Assembly: GCA_964291405.2 (NCBI GenBank)
Contig: OZ219926.1
Coordinates: 1,824,001 to 1,888,000, forward strand
Direction of reading: 5' to 3'
From: Thermodesulfobacteriota bacterium
GTDB taxonomy: Bacteria > Desulfobacterota > Binatia > Bin18
DNA: 64,000 nt
The position numbers were made by a program, and so were the translations under genes. Positions 38,791 to 49,203 of this stretch are shown here, in pieces. A model generated the notes under the pieces. The model saw nothing but the letters and a program-made list of their open reading frames with translations, did not search any database and had not been told where the DNA came from. Each line of letters begins with the position of its first letter. Position 1 is the stretch's first letter.

Positions 38791-39545
38791 AGGCGATTAT
38801 CCTCGCGGCCGGTGTTGGTAAACGTTTTCAGACCATCACCGACCATAGACCCAAATGTTTAATTCAGGTCAGTGGGAAAACCTTGCTCGAACGCACCCTC
38901 ACCGCTTTAGGCGCTGCTGGGGTCAAGGAGGCGGTCATCGTGATCGGCTATCGTGGAGACATGATTGTCGAAGAAATCGGCGAGCGGTGCGGCGCGGTGG
39001 CCGTGCGTTATATCCGGAACGAGCAGTACGAAAAGGGTGCAATCCTGTCACTCTGGAGTGCGCGCGAAGAGTTTGACACCGACCTGCTGATCATGGATGC
39101 CGACGTATTGTTCCCGGTCCGTTTGCTGCAACGCTTGGTGCAATCCAGGCACGCAAGCTGTTTTCTCCTTGACGCGAGTTCCGAGAACACCGGCGAAGAA
39201 CAAATGCTGCTTACCCGGGCCGGGCGGGTGCTGACGATTATCCGGGGCGGCGCGGGCGACTACGACCTGATAGGCGAGTCGGTTGGTTTTCTCAAAGTCG
39301 CGCGAGACGCCGCGCCACTCCTCCGTTCTATTCTCGATGACTATGTGGCTCAGGGCCGAGACACGATCGAGCACGAAGAAGCCTTCCCTGAGTTTCTGGC
39401 CCAGCACCATGTTGGCTTTGAACGGGTTGACGACCTGCCCTGGACGGAAATCGATTTTCCGCAAGACCTCGAACACGCCGAACGTGACATCCTGCCTGAT
39501 ATTGAACGGCTCGACGCGCTTGACTTGGCCACTAATTCGGCCTGA
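38787..39545 (+). CDS. Phosphocholine/phosphonate cytidylyltransferase family (LicC/PntC-like)
   Basis: AIILAAGVGKR, PKCL, MDADVLF, GESVGF, WTEIDFPQD. Confidence 0.85.
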   Translation: MKAIILAAGVGKRFQTITDHRPKCLIQVSGKTLLERTLTALGAAGVKEAVIVIGYRGDMIVEEIGERCGAVAVRYIRNEQYEKGAILSLWSAREEFDTDLLIMDADVLFPVRLLQRLVQSRHASCFLLDASSENTGEEQMLLTRAGRVLTIIRGGAGDYDLIGESVGFLKVARDAAPLLRSILDDYVAQGRDTIEHEEAFPEFLAQHHVGFERVDDLPWTEIDFPQDLEHAERDILPDIERLDALDLATNSA

Positions 39546-39548
39546 ATT

Positions 39549-40451
39549 ATGCCCTCCCCCGTCCCTGGCGCTCGCTATCTCATCGTCAACGGGGACGACT
39601 TCGGCCTGTCCGCTCAGGTCAACACCGGCATACGACACGCCCATCGGCAGGGCATTCTGACCAATACCAGCCTCATGGTTACGGCTCCGGCCTGGGAGGA
39701 GGCGGTTGAGCTTGCCCGCTCGACACCCAGCCTCGGGGTTGGACTGCATATGACCTTAGTCCAGGGACGGGCTGTTCTGTCCAAACAGCACCTCCGCACG
39801 ATTATCGACAGCGAGGGGAATTTTGCCCACAATCCAACCCGAGCCGGATTGCAGTATTATTTCTCCCGGCGGGCGCGGGAAGAAATCCGGGCCGAGTGCC
39901 GGGCTCAGCTCGAGCGTTTTCTGGAAACGGAATTACCTCTGTCCCATATTGATGGACATCTCAACATCCATATGCACCCGGTCGTTATGGACGCTCTCCT
40001 CGCCCTCGCACAGGAATACTCTATTCCTCCGGCCATACGCCTGACCCGAGAAGACCTGACGACCAGCCTGGCGCTTGATCCGCGCCATGCCTTGAGGAAA
40101 CGCTGGGAGTCCGTTGTCTTTACATCCCTCGCCCGATCGGTAGAAAAAAAACTGCGGCGTGCTTTTATTCCCTACCCGGATCATCTGTTTGGCCTGCATC
40201 AAAGTGGCACTGTGGATGAATCTTATCTGCTTGGCCTGTTCCCACGACTCCAAGCCGGCGTAACGGAGTTGTACTGCCATCCGGCCTTCCTGCCGTGTCC
40301 CGAGGTCGAACGGTGGACGCCAACCTCTCGCAGAGATGTTGAGCTTGCGGCGCTCACAAGTCCGACGGTGCGAGCGGCAGCCGCGGAAGAGAATATTCGG
40401 TTCGTGAATTACCATGATCTCCCGTCGCTTCGTATAGGCGCGGGGGATTAA
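39549..40451 (+). CDS. hpnK: Hopanoid biosynthesis-associated deacetylase HpnK (YdjC family)
   Basis: NGDDFG, VGLH, HIDGHLNIHMHP, ELYCHP, ELAALTSP. Confidence 0.88.
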   Translation: MPSPVPGARYLIVNGDDFGLSAQVNTGIRHAHRQGILTNTSLMVTAPAWEEAVELARSTPSLGVGLHMTLVQGRAVLSKQHLRTIIDSEGNFAHNPTRAGLQYYFSRRAREEIRAECRAQLERFLETELPLSHIDGHLNIHMHPVVMDALLALAQEYSIPPAIRLTREDLTTSLALDPRHALRKRWESVVFTSLARSVEKKLRRAFIPYPDHLFGLHQSGTVDESYLLGLFPRLQAGVTELYCHPAFLPCPEVERWTPTSRRDVELAALTSPTVRAAAAEENIRFVNYHDLPSLRIGAGD

Positions 40452-41602
40452 CCGACGCGAACCATTCGCCCGTCTTTTTGGAGCTGGAAGGTATACTCTC
40501 GCCAGCGGACCGTGTTGCCCCGCAGGCTGGCACACCAGACAACAAAAGAGAGCAGGTCCGTGAGAAGGGTCAGCAGGATGGCGGGGCGCGGCAATTTCGA
40601 TTGCAGAAAGGCAGTATTCATCAGAGCGGCGGTCAGGAGGCGTACCCCGATAACGCTGAGGGCGAGCACCGTCATCTCGACAGACGACCAAAAACAGAGC
40701 AGGCTCACAGAGGCCCAGACCGTGCCAAACGTCACAACTGTACTGATATACCCGCCGGGACGACAGTTTCGTTGCGTCCGCGCCCAGCGCAACTGATGGT
40801 AAAACAAGCCGCGCAGCGAGACCGCATCGGGGCGGGTTTCAACAACGGTGGGAAGGACTCGCAACCGATACCCGGCCTGGGCAATGAGATACCCCAGGTA
40901 ATAGTCATCCGCCAGATAATCAGACAGCCTGGCAAATCCTCCAATAGCGTCAAGGCAGGCCCGTTTGAGCGCTATGGTTGCTCCGAAGGCATATGCAGGC
41001 CGCTCTATCTGGCTGGCGACTACGACCTGAGTGGTAAAAGTCGTATTGATCATGAGCGATTCCAGCAGGGCCGGCAGGGGTTGTCCGGAACCGCCACGAT
41101 ACACACAGGTGACCAGGCCTGTTTCCGTAGGCGTTAAGGGCGGGATGATTGTCTGTAAGTAATCGGGGGCAACACAGACATCACTATCGGTAATGACGAG
41201 ATAGTCATACTTCATCTGTGGCGTCAGATGGTGCAGGGTGCTGACCTTATAATTGGTCCCGATCACAGAGGGCGCAACAACCAGGGTAATATCGCACTGG
41301 GGAAAGTCGTGCTGCACTTTGGCGACAATAGCAGCCGCCGGGTCATTGGGGTCGCGGACGCCGCAGAGGATTTGAAAGGTCGGGTAATCGAGCTGACAAA
41401 AGCTCGCCAGACTGTCGTACAGATCGGGCGGTGCGCCTTTAAGCGGCTTGAGAATAGTAACTGGGGGAAGGGCCGTGCTAAGAGTTGGACGCGGATGGAA
41501 AAAACGCCAAGCCGCATAAACACTAAAAAGGTAATAGACTAGGGCAACACACAGCAGGCCTGCCAGGGACCAGAAAACGAGAAAAGTAGTAAACGTACCC
41601 AT
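40448..41602 (-). CDS. hpnI: Bacteriohopanetetrol glucosamine glycosyltransferase HpnI
   Basis: ILKPLKG, QLDYP, GTNYKV, DSD, FGATIA, LADDYYLG, QLRWART. Confidence 0.9.
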   Translation of the reverse strand: MGTFTTFLVFWSLAGLLCVALVYYLFSVYAAWRFFHPRPTLSTALPPVTILKPLKGAPPDLYDSLASFCQLDYPTFQILCGVRDPNDPAAAIVAKVQHDFPQCDITLVVAPSVIGTNYKVSTLHHLTPQMKYDYLVITDSDVCVAPDYLQTIIPPLTPTETGLVTCVYRGGSGQPLPALLESLMINTTFTTQVVVASQIERPAYAFGATIALKRACLDAIGGFARLSDYLADDYYLGYLIAQAGYRLRVLPTVVETRPDAVSLRGLFYHQLRWARTQRNCRPGGYISTVVTFGTVWASVSLLCFWSSVEMTVLALSVIGVRLLTAALMNTAFLQSKLPRPAILLTLLTDLLSFVVWCASLRGNTVRWREYTFQLQKDGRMVRVG

Positions 41603-41643
41603 CCTTTCTCGATCTACATAGTTGGGGCACGTTTACTACTTTT
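41582..41643. repeat. Variant of the palindrome family overlapping the hpnI start
   Basis: AAAAGTAGTAAACGTACCC...GGGCACGTTTACTACTTTT. Confidence 0.7.
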
Positions 41644-41690
41644 GGGACATGGCGTCAGACACAGTCTCCTCCCGGTCGGGAGGAGACGCA

Positions 41691-43133
41691 TTAGGCGGCC
41701 GCAGAAGACGTGGTGCTCATCTCCCGCCGTTTCCGCATGGTGCGGAAAAAATCTTTGCCTTCCTGCCACATTCGTTTCCGCTCCTCGGGATCACGCGCCA
41801 TCTTTTTCACGGCTTTGAAGATATAGCGCGGGCGGAGGTAGTACGAGCGGTAAAATTTCTCAACCGTCTCAAAAATTTCTTCCCCGGACAGGTTGGGGTA
41901 GTTGATCACGCACTGCTGATAGCCCGACTCGCCCACCATGTCTTCAGCCTTGATATAGCCATTGTCGAGGGCGAAATCGTAAAAGGCGGTGCCAGGATAG
42001 GGAGAAGCCAAAGAGACCTGAATGGTTTCCGGATTCATCTCCCGGGCGAAACGCATGGTCTCCTGCATGGTCTCCCGGGTTTCTCCCGGCAGGCCCAAAA
42101 TAAAGGTGCCGTGGATCAGGATGCCAAGCTTGTGGCAGTCCCGAGTAAACCGCCGCGAGGTTTCGAGGGCTACGCCTTTTTTAATATTCTTGAGAATGGC
42201 CGCGTTCCCCGACTCATAACCGACCACAAACAGCCGTAGCCCGCCGTCTTTCAAAACCTTGAGGGTCTCGTAGTCAACATTCCCACGCGCGTTGGTGGAC
42301 CAGCACAGGCCCATGGCGCCCATTTTCTTTGCGATCTCTCGCGCGCGTTTCGGGTCGGCCGTAAACGTATCGTCATCAAAAAAAACCTCTTTCATACCCG
42401 GAAAGAGGCGTTTCATTTCCTGCACTTCCTCAATGACGTTGCCCACTGAGCGAGTGCGGTAGGAATGGCCGGTAGTCACCTGCGGCCACAGACAAAACGT
42501 GCAGCGCGCCGGACAGCCCCGTCCGGTGTACAACGACACATAGGGATACTGGCAATACGGACTGTTATACTTCCGGAAGTCTAAATCCCGATCATAAATC
42601 TGGGTGACAAAGGGTAACTGGTCGAGCTCATCATCGGTGAGCGTCGGACGTTCAAGATTATGATGGATCTGTCCATCCTGGCGATAGCTGATACCGCGGA
42701 TGTCCTTCCAATCCCATCCCTCGGCAACCTCTTTCATGGAATAGTCAAACTCTTTCCGCGCGACAATATCGATAGCTTCAGAAATCTGTAAGGTCTTCTC
42801 CGGCTCAGCCGTGGCCTGACCACCCACAAACGCGATACGGCAGTCCGGATTTTTTTCTTTGATCAGTTCCGCGGTCTGCGCGTCCAATTTCACCGACGGC
42901 GTACTGGTGTGCAGCACAACAAAATCGTACTCCTTAGCGATCTCAACGGTCTGCGCCTGATTCAATCCTTCGGGCGGCGCGTCCAGAACGCGACTGTTCT
43001 CTATCATGCCGGCCGGATAACACAGCCAGGTCGGATACCAGAACGACCAGACCTCACGAGTCGCCTGATAGCGTGAGCCTGCTCCCCCATCAAAATTTTC
43101 ATATGCAGGCGGATTCAAAAACAATGTACGCAT
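41691..43133 (-). CDS. hpnJ: Hopanoid radical SAM protein HpnJ
   Basis: MRTLFLNPP..FDGGAGSRYQA..SFWYPTWL, GRGCPARCTFCLWPQ, FFDDDTFT. Confidence 0.94.
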   Translation of the reverse strand: MRTLFLNPPAYENFDGGAGSRYQATREVWSFWYPTWLCYPAGMIENSRVLDAPPEGLNQAQTVEIAKEYDFVVLHTSTPSVKLDAQTAELIKEKNPDCRIAFVGGQATAEPEKTLQISEAIDIVARKEFDYSMKEVAEGWDWKDIRGISYRQDGQIHHNLERPTLTDDELDQLPFVTQIYDRDLDFRKYNSPYCQYPYVSLYTGRGCPARCTFCLWPQVTTGHSYRTRSVGNVIEEVQEMKRLFPGMKEVFFDDDTFTADPKRAREIAKKMGAMGLCWSTNARGNVDYETLKVLKDGGLRLFVVGYESGNAAILKNIKKGVALETSRRFTRDCHKLGILIHGTFILGLPGETRETMQETMRFAREMNPETIQVSLASPYPGTAFYDFALDNGYIKAEDMVGESGYQQCVINYPNLSGEEIFETVEKFYRSYYLRPRYIFKAVKKMARDPEERKRMWQEGKDFFRTMRKRREMSTTSSAAA

Positions 43134-43190
43134 GCGTGCATCTCTCCTTCCCCACTGCGATCCTCAGGAGCGCTGCGGTTCTGCCGAAGG

Positions 43191-43205
43191 CATGTATTAT
43201 ACATG
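43191..43205 (-). promoter_or_regulatory. TATAAT -10 box inside a 15-bp palindrome upstream of hpnJ
   Basis: CATGTATAATACATG on the minus strand, about 60 nt upstream of the hpnJ ATG. No clear -35 box. Confidence 0.4.
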
Positions 43206-43428
43206 GGAAAAGAAGGAAAGCGAGTAGTGTTTCACACAGCGCTTTCCTATGGGTTGGGGCAAGGGACAATAGGCCTATACCCCCAGTAGACAGACCGAGA
43301 CACTTGAGAGAAGATAGCAGCCGAAGTACGCTCGTCCGGCTCTTCTCGAATGTATCTATTCAGTGTATAGTCTGAGTCCGTGCACGGTGTACGTATAGGT
43401 AGAGAAAAAACTCTGAGGGGGAAGCAGC

Positions 43429-46110
43429 ATGAACAAAATGAAGTGGTGGCAGCCCTATCTTCTCGCAAGTGTATTGGCCTTGACGGGGGCATCTGCGGTC
43501 GGTGCACAAGAGGCGGAGCCACAAGAACCGGCCGAGGCACAGGACACAGGGTCGCAAGAACAGATCCTAGAACTTGGAGAACTCAGGGTGGTCGGCTCCC
43601 GTGTGGCGGGTCGCTCGGCCCAGGATTCGCCGGTGCCGGTCGACGTCATTCAGGGCGAAGACTTGCAGACCTACGGCATCCGGGACATGGACTCCCTGCT
43701 GTCCGCGACCGTCCCCTCCTATAACGTGAGCCAGGAGCCCATCAGCGACGAGGCCACCTTCGTCCGGCCGGCCACGCTGCGCGGTCTGCCGCCGGACTCC
43801 ACCCTGGTCCTGGTCAACGGAAAACGCCGCCACCGTGGGTCGGTGATTAACTTCCTGGGTGCTCCGAACTCCAGAGGATCGCAGGGGGCCGATATCTCCA
43901 ACATCCCATCCATTGCCCTGGAGCGCGTCGAGGTGCTGCGCGACGGGGCTGCGGCCCAGTACGGCTCGGACGCCATTGCCGGCGTGCTGAACTTCAGGCT
44001 CAGGGAGGACACCGAGGGGCTGACTGTGCAGACGAGCTATGGTCAGAACTACCACGGCGACGGCGACAAGGTGAACGTGGCCGCCAACCTGGGCGTACCG
44101 CTGACCGAGAATGGCTTTGCCAACCTCAGCTTCGAGTTCAACAACGTGGACGAAACCAGCCGTAGCGTACAGCGCAGCGATGCCCGAGGCTTGATCGAGG
44201 CCGGCAACATGGATGTGCGTCGGCCCGCGGCGCAGATCTGGGGAGCGCCCGAGATTCAGTACGACTACAAATTCTTCGGCAACCTCGGCTTGGACCTGGA
44301 GGAGATCAACAGCCGCGTGTATGCCTTCGGTAACTATGCGGAGCGTAAGGTGGAGGGTGGTTTCTACTTCCGGAATCCGAATACGCGCAACGGGGTGTTC
44401 CGCGGTCCCGGCGACCTCCACAAAATTATCGACATCGGAGACGGTTTCGACCCGAGGCCCATCTCGGAGGGCGGAAATTTGCTCGAAAACGGATTATCCA
44501 GCCGCTGCCCCGAAGTGCCGAAGCACCCGGCGGCCGATTACTCGAACGTGTCGCTGCCCGACCATTGCGCCATGTTCAACACCCAGTTTCCGGGCGGCTT
44601 CACCCCGCGCTTCGGCGGCTATGTGCGCGACTGGAGCATCGCCTTTGGCCTGCGCGGGACGCTGGAGGACCTGGAGGGCGCCTATGCGCTGCTCGACGGC
44701 TGGTCCTACGACGTCAGCGCCTACTTCGGCGAGAACAGTGTTGACTATTTCATGATCAATACGATCAACCCGCAACTCCTGGCGGTCAACAGGGTCGTTC
44801 CGACGGAATACCGGCCCGGCGGTGTGAGCCAGACTGAGAAGACATTCAACCTGGACATTTCCAAACCATTTGATGTCGGTCTCTTCTACTCCGACCTGAA
44901 TATGGCCTTTGGCTTCGAGTACCACATCGAAGAGTACGAAGTGGAACTCGGCGGGGAAACCTCTTGGTACGTGGCCCCCGATAACCGGCTGACGGCACAG
45001 GGCCTCGGTGTCGGCTCGAACGGGTTCACCGGATTCGGACCCAACATCATCGGCGATCATCAGCGGAATAACTATGCCCTCTACATGGACCTGGAAGCCG
45101 AGGTGATTAAAAATGTGACCCTTGGCGTGGCCGGACGGTATGAGAACTTTGACAAGCCGATCGGCGAGTCCGTCAACGGGAAGGTGTCGGCCAGATGGCA
45201 ACTCCTGGAAATGCTGGCCATGCGCGGTGCGGTCAGCTCGGGTTTTCGCGCCCCAACACCCGGCCAGGCCAATGTGAACAAAATCACCACGTCCTTTGAC
45301 GCCGAGCTTGGCGGGCTGATAGACGACGCCACCTTTCCTGCCCACCATCCGGCTTCGGCTTTCTTCGGTGCCAGCGATTTGACCCCGGAAAAATCCGTCA
45401 ACTACTCGGCGGGCATTGTCTTCAACGTGGCCGATGTCGATGTCACCGTCGACTACTACCGTATCAAGATGCAGGACCGCATCGTTCGCAGCAGCCGATT
45501 TAATGTTGCGGACGAACTCGCCAAGCGGGGCATCACCCGGGCGGAATTCGACGCAGCGGTCGGGCCGAACCAGATCTCGGTGCTCCGCTTCTATACCAAC
45601 GACTTCGACACCACCACCCAGGGCGTTGATGTGGTAGCGACCTATCCGTTGCAATCGGTCGCGGGCTTCACCCAATTCACGCTTGTCGCGAACTGGAATA
45701 AGACCGAGGTGGACAGCCGGACTCCGGAGTTCATCAGTGATAAGCTCGTACGACAAATCGAAGAGGGCTTGCCGCAGTTCCGGTTCTCACTGACGGCCGA
45801 TCACAACTGGGGGCCGTGGCGCTTCCTGTCCCGTCTGTACTACTACGACCGCTTCCGCGACTACCCGACCGATAGCAGCTTCGGCTTTAATGCCGGCGAG
45901 CGCTTTCTGATGGATATGGAACTCTCGTACACCTTCCTGAACCTGCCGTTCATGGAGGCGGCCACCTTTGCGGCCGGCGCGGAAAACATATTTGATCAGT
46001 ATCCGCGCAGGAACCCGCAAGCGGCTGGCGCCGGCCTGAAGTACCCGGAAACCTCGCCCTACGGCTTCAACGGCGGGTTCTACTACCTGCGGGCCGGGTT
46101 TGAGTTCTAA
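43429..46110 (+). CDS. TonB-dependent receptor, paralogue 1
   Basis: Signal peptide, TonB-box-like VVGSR, plug LRGLPPDSTLVLVNGKRRH, VEVLRDGAAAQYGSDAIAGV, C-terminal Phe. Confidence 0.95.
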   Translation: MNKMKWWQPYLLASVLALTGASAVGAQEAEPQEPAEAQDTGSQEQILELGELRVVGSRVAGRSAQDSPVPVDVIQGEDLQTYGIRDMDSLLSATVPSYNVSQEPISDEATFVRPATLRGLPPDSTLVLVNGKRRHRGSVINFLGAPNSRGSQGADISNIPSIALERVEVLRDGAAAQYGSDAIAGVLNFRLREDTEGLTVQTSYGQNYHGDGDKVNVAANLGVPLTENGFANLSFEFNNVDETSRSVQRSDARGLIEAGNMDVRRPAAQIWGAPEIQYDYKFFGNLGLDLEEINSRVYAFGNYAERKVEGGFYFRNPNTRNGVFRGPGDLHKIIDIGDGFDPRPISEGGNLLENGLSSRCPEVPKHPAADYSNVSLPDHCAMFNTQFPGGFTPRFGGYVRDWSIAFGLRGTLEDLEGAYALLDGWSYDVSAYFGENSVDYFMINTINPQLLAVNRVVPTEYRPGGVSQTEKTFNLDISKPFDVGLFYSDLNMAFGFEYHIEEYEVELGGETSWYVAPDNRLTAQGLGVGSNGFTGFGPNIIGDHQRNNYALYMDLEAEVIKNVTLGVAGRYENFDKPIGESVNGKVSARWQLLEMLAMRGAVSSGFRAPTPGQANVNKITTSFDAELGGLIDDATFPAHHPASAFFGASDLTPEKSVNYSAGIVFNVADVDVTVDYYRIKMQDRIVRSSRFNVADELAKRGITRAEFDAAVGPNQISVLRFYTNDFDTTTQGVDVVATYPLQSVAGFTQFTLVANWNKTEVDSRTPEFISDKLVRQIEEGLPQFRFSLTADHNWGPWRFLSRLYYYDRFRDYPTDSSFGFNAGERFLMDMELSYTFLNLPFMEAATFAAGAENIFDQYPRRNPQAAGAGLKYPETSPYGFNGGFYYLRAGFEF

Positions 46111-46446
46111 GCGGAGGATCGAGCGGACAGCGTCCGTCATACCATTCGCCCAGGCGGGGGCGTCCCACTCCCGCCTAGCGGGTGATCAGAAACGACCCAG
46201 GATCTCAACTCCTGAGCGGGCCCCCTAGTGCGGTGGCCGGAGGAAAGATTGACAGCAAAGGTGTCTTTGGATAGGGACTTTTAAGATGCAGACAGTATGC
46301 ATAGTAGAGAAAGTGTAAATAAATTAGTGGTTTCCTGGTTAGAATCTTTCAAACTGAGACACCAACAGCGAACGGTTTTCCTGGAAAGAGAAACAGTAGC
46401 TTGCTAGGACGGAAGAACTGATTCACGCACAATAAGGAGGCCGGAG

Positions 46447-49071
46447 ATGAAGGCCAAGCGATGGCAATCTGGGGTATTGGCGGGTCTCTTGGTCTTGACG
46501 GGCGCACTGACAGCCTCGGCTCAAGAGACGAGCCAGCCAGAGCCGGCCACCGCACAAGACACTGGACAACAAGAGCAGGTCATAGAACTTGGTGAACTCC
46601 AGGTGGTCGGCTCCCGCGTGGTGGGTCGCTCGGCCCAGGATTCTGCGGTGCCGGTGGACATCATCCAGGGCGAGGACTTGCAGACCTATGGCGTCCGGGA
46701 CATGGACTCGCTGCTGTCGGCCACCGTGCCATCCTACAACGTCAACCGACAGCCTATCGGCGACGCGGCCACGCTCGTGCGCCCGGCCAACCTGCGCGGA
46801 CTATCACCGGACGCCACATTGGTGCTGGTCAACGGAAAACGCCGCCACCGCTCCTCGGTGATTACCTTCCTGGGAGGCCATACCGCGGCGGGGGCGCACG
46901 CGCCCGATCTTTCCGTTATTCCGGCCATTGCGCTGGAGCGGGTCGAATTGCTGCGCGACGGCGCTGCGGCCCAGTATGGCTCGGACGCCATCGCCGGTAT
47001 TTTGAACTTCAAACTCCGGGAAAACAGAGAGGGCCTGTCGGTTCACACAAGTTACGGTCAGAACTACCACGGCGACGGGGATACGGTGGACGTGGCCGCC
47101 AACCTGGGTCTGCCGCTGACCGCCAACGGCTTTGCCAACTTCAGCTTCGAGTTCACCAATGCGGACGAGACCAGTCGCAGCGTGCAGCGCGGCGACGCAT
47201 TGGGTCTGATCGCAGCGGGCAATACCGACGTACGCCAACCGGCGGCGCAGATCTGGGGCTCGCCCGAGGTGCAGTACGACTACAAGTTTTTCGGCAACCT
47301 GGGTCTCGACCTGGAGGACCTCAAGGCCCGCCTGTACGCTTTCGGCAACTACGCCGAGCGTAAAGTCGAGGGCGGCTTCTTCTTCCGCAATCCCAACACC
47401 CGCGGCGGTGTCTTCAGGGGGGACCCGGATGAAAACGGGGATCCGACGATCCGCGTCGCCGACCTGTCAGACACCGGCCTAGGCTGCCCCACCGTGCAGG
47501 CGAACGCCGCGGCCGACTACAATAATGTGCATCTGCCCGACCACTGCTTTATATTCAACGAGCGCTTTCCGGGCGGCTTCACGCCCCGCTTCGGCGGCTA
47601 TATGCAGGACTGGAGCATCGCCTTTGGCCTGCGTGGAGAGTTGGAAAGCGAGTACGCGCTGCTGAACGGCTGGTTTTATGACGCCAGCGCCAGCTTCGGC
47701 CAACATAGCGCGGACTTCTTCATGCACAACACCATTAACCCACAGCTCGCGGCCATGCGCACGAATATTCCGACATCGTACCGACCCGGCGGCTACCGCG
47801 AGTTCGACAAGGTGTTCAACTTCGATATCTCCCGGCCATTTGACGTGGGCCTGTTCTACTCCCCGCTCAACATCGCCTTTGGGCTGGAATACCGTGAAGA
47901 AGAGTTCGAGGTCAAAGCCGGAGAGAAGAATTCCTGGCATGTTGACGACAATCTTGCCCGCCAGGGATTTGGCATCGGCTCCAACGGTTTTCCTGGCTTC
48001 AGGCCGGATATCGCCGGCACGTTCAACCGGGGCAGCTACGCGGGTTATCTTGACCTAGAAGCCGAGGTGCTCAAGGATGTGCTCCTCGGTATAGCCGGGC
48101 GGTATGAGGATTTTGAACGGGTGGGCGACACGCTGAACGGCAAGGCGTCGGTTCGCTGGCAAGCGCTGGACGCGGACATGGTCCGGGCAGCTCTGCGCGG
48201 TTCGGTCAGCTCCGGGTTCCGCGCCCCGACCGTGGGGCAAGCCAACGTCCGCAACGTCTCAACCTCGTTCGCCGGAGGTATGCTGTCGGATCAGGCCACC
48301 CTGCCTCCAGACCATCCAATATCGGCCCTCAAGGGTGGCAAGAAGCTGGAGCCGGAAAAGTCTGTCAACTACTCCGTGGGCACAGTCTTCAGCGTGGGTA
48401 AGCTTGACGTGACCGTCGACTATTTCCGGATCAAGGTGCAGGGGCGTATCCAACAGGGAAGCCCACAATCCTTAACCGAATCTGATATAGCGGCGCTGTT
48501 GGCCCAGGGCGTTCAAGACGCGAGCAGTTACTCTTCCGTGGTATTCTTCTCCAATGCTTTGGACACCACTACGCAAGGTGTTGACGTGGTAGCAAGCTAC
48601 CCACTCAGGACCTTTGCCGGCCACACCCAATTCACCCTTGTGGGAAATTGGACCGACACCAAGATCGACAGCTTCGACTCTGACGTCATCGTTAGCGGTG
48701 AACGGTTCATGCTTCGTAACAACCTGCCGGAGTTCCGTTTCACGCTGACCGCCGACCACACTTGGGGGCCGTGGCGGCTCCTGGTCCGGCAGCATTACTT
48801 CGACGGGTTTTGGGACGATCAGTTGAATACCAATCTTGCATTAGCCAGTAAATCCAGTGAACGCTGGCTCACGGACGCGGAACTCTCGTACACCTTCCTG
48901 AACCTGCCGTTTATGGAGGCGGCGACGGTCGCGTTTGGCGCGGAAAATCTATTCGATCAGTATCCGGCCAGAAGCCCGTATGCGCGGGTAGTCGGCTATA
49001 AATACCCACCCTCCTCGCCGTACGGCTTCAACGGTGGCTTCTATTATCTGCGGGCCGGGTTTGAGTTCTAA
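46447..49071 (+). CDS. TonB-dependent receptor, paralogue 2
   Basis: Same motifs; AAGGAGG RBS; ends YYLRAGFEF. Confidence 0.95.
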   Translation: MKAKRWQSGVLAGLLVLTGALTASAQETSQPEPATAQDTGQQEQVIELGELQVVGSRVVGRSAQDSAVPVDIIQGEDLQTYGVRDMDSLLSATVPSYNVNRQPIGDAATLVRPANLRGLSPDATLVLVNGKRRHRSSVITFLGGHTAAGAHAPDLSVIPAIALERVELLRDGAAAQYGSDAIAGILNFKLRENREGLSVHTSYGQNYHGDGDTVDVAANLGLPLTANGFANFSFEFTNADETSRSVQRGDALGLIAAGNTDVRQPAAQIWGSPEVQYDYKFFGNLGLDLEDLKARLYAFGNYAERKVEGGFFFRNPNTRGGVFRGDPDENGDPTIRVADLSDTGLGCPTVQANAAADYNNVHLPDHCFIFNERFPGGFTPRFGGYMQDWSIAFGLRGELESEYALLNGWFYDASASFGQHSADFFMHNTINPQLAAMRTNIPTSYRPGGYREFDKVFNFDISRPFDVGLFYSPLNIAFGLEYREEEFEVKAGEKNSWHVDDNLARQGFGIGSNGFPGFRPDIAGTFNRGSYAGYLDLEAEVLKDVLLGIAGRYEDFERVGDTLNGKASVRWQALDADMVRAALRGSVSSGFRAPTVGQANVRNVSTSFAGGMLSDQATLPPDHPISALKGGKKLEPEKSVNYSVGTVFSVGKLDVTVDYFRIKVQGRIQQGSPQSLTESDIAALLAQGVQDASSYSSVVFFSNALDTTTQGVDVVASYPLRTFAGHTQFTLVGNWTDTKIDSFDSDVIVSGERFMLRNNLPEFRFTLTADHTWGPWRLLVRQHYFDGFWDDQLNTNLALASKSSERWLTDAELSYTFLNLPFMEAATVAFGAENLFDQYPARSPYARVVGYKYPPSSPYGFNGGFYYLRAGFEF

Positions 49072-49203
49072 GCACAGTTTGCAAACATGGCTGCAAAAAG
49101 AGGGGCGGGTATGACCCTATCCTTCTTTTCTTTTTGTCCGATTTCTATCGTCCTCTCAAAACGGTAATGGTGTCGTAGCAAGCATCCGTTATCAGAAAGA
49201 GAA

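Noticed and set aside
43161-43190. SAH-riboswitch-like AGGAGCGCTGC string
   Set aside because: The downstream CAGGCTC and pseudoknot partner are absent, and the gene context is wrong.
43134-46446. Cobalamin riboswitch upstream of the TonB receptors
   Set aside because: No ordered B12-box elements were found by eye in the spacers before copies 1 or 2.
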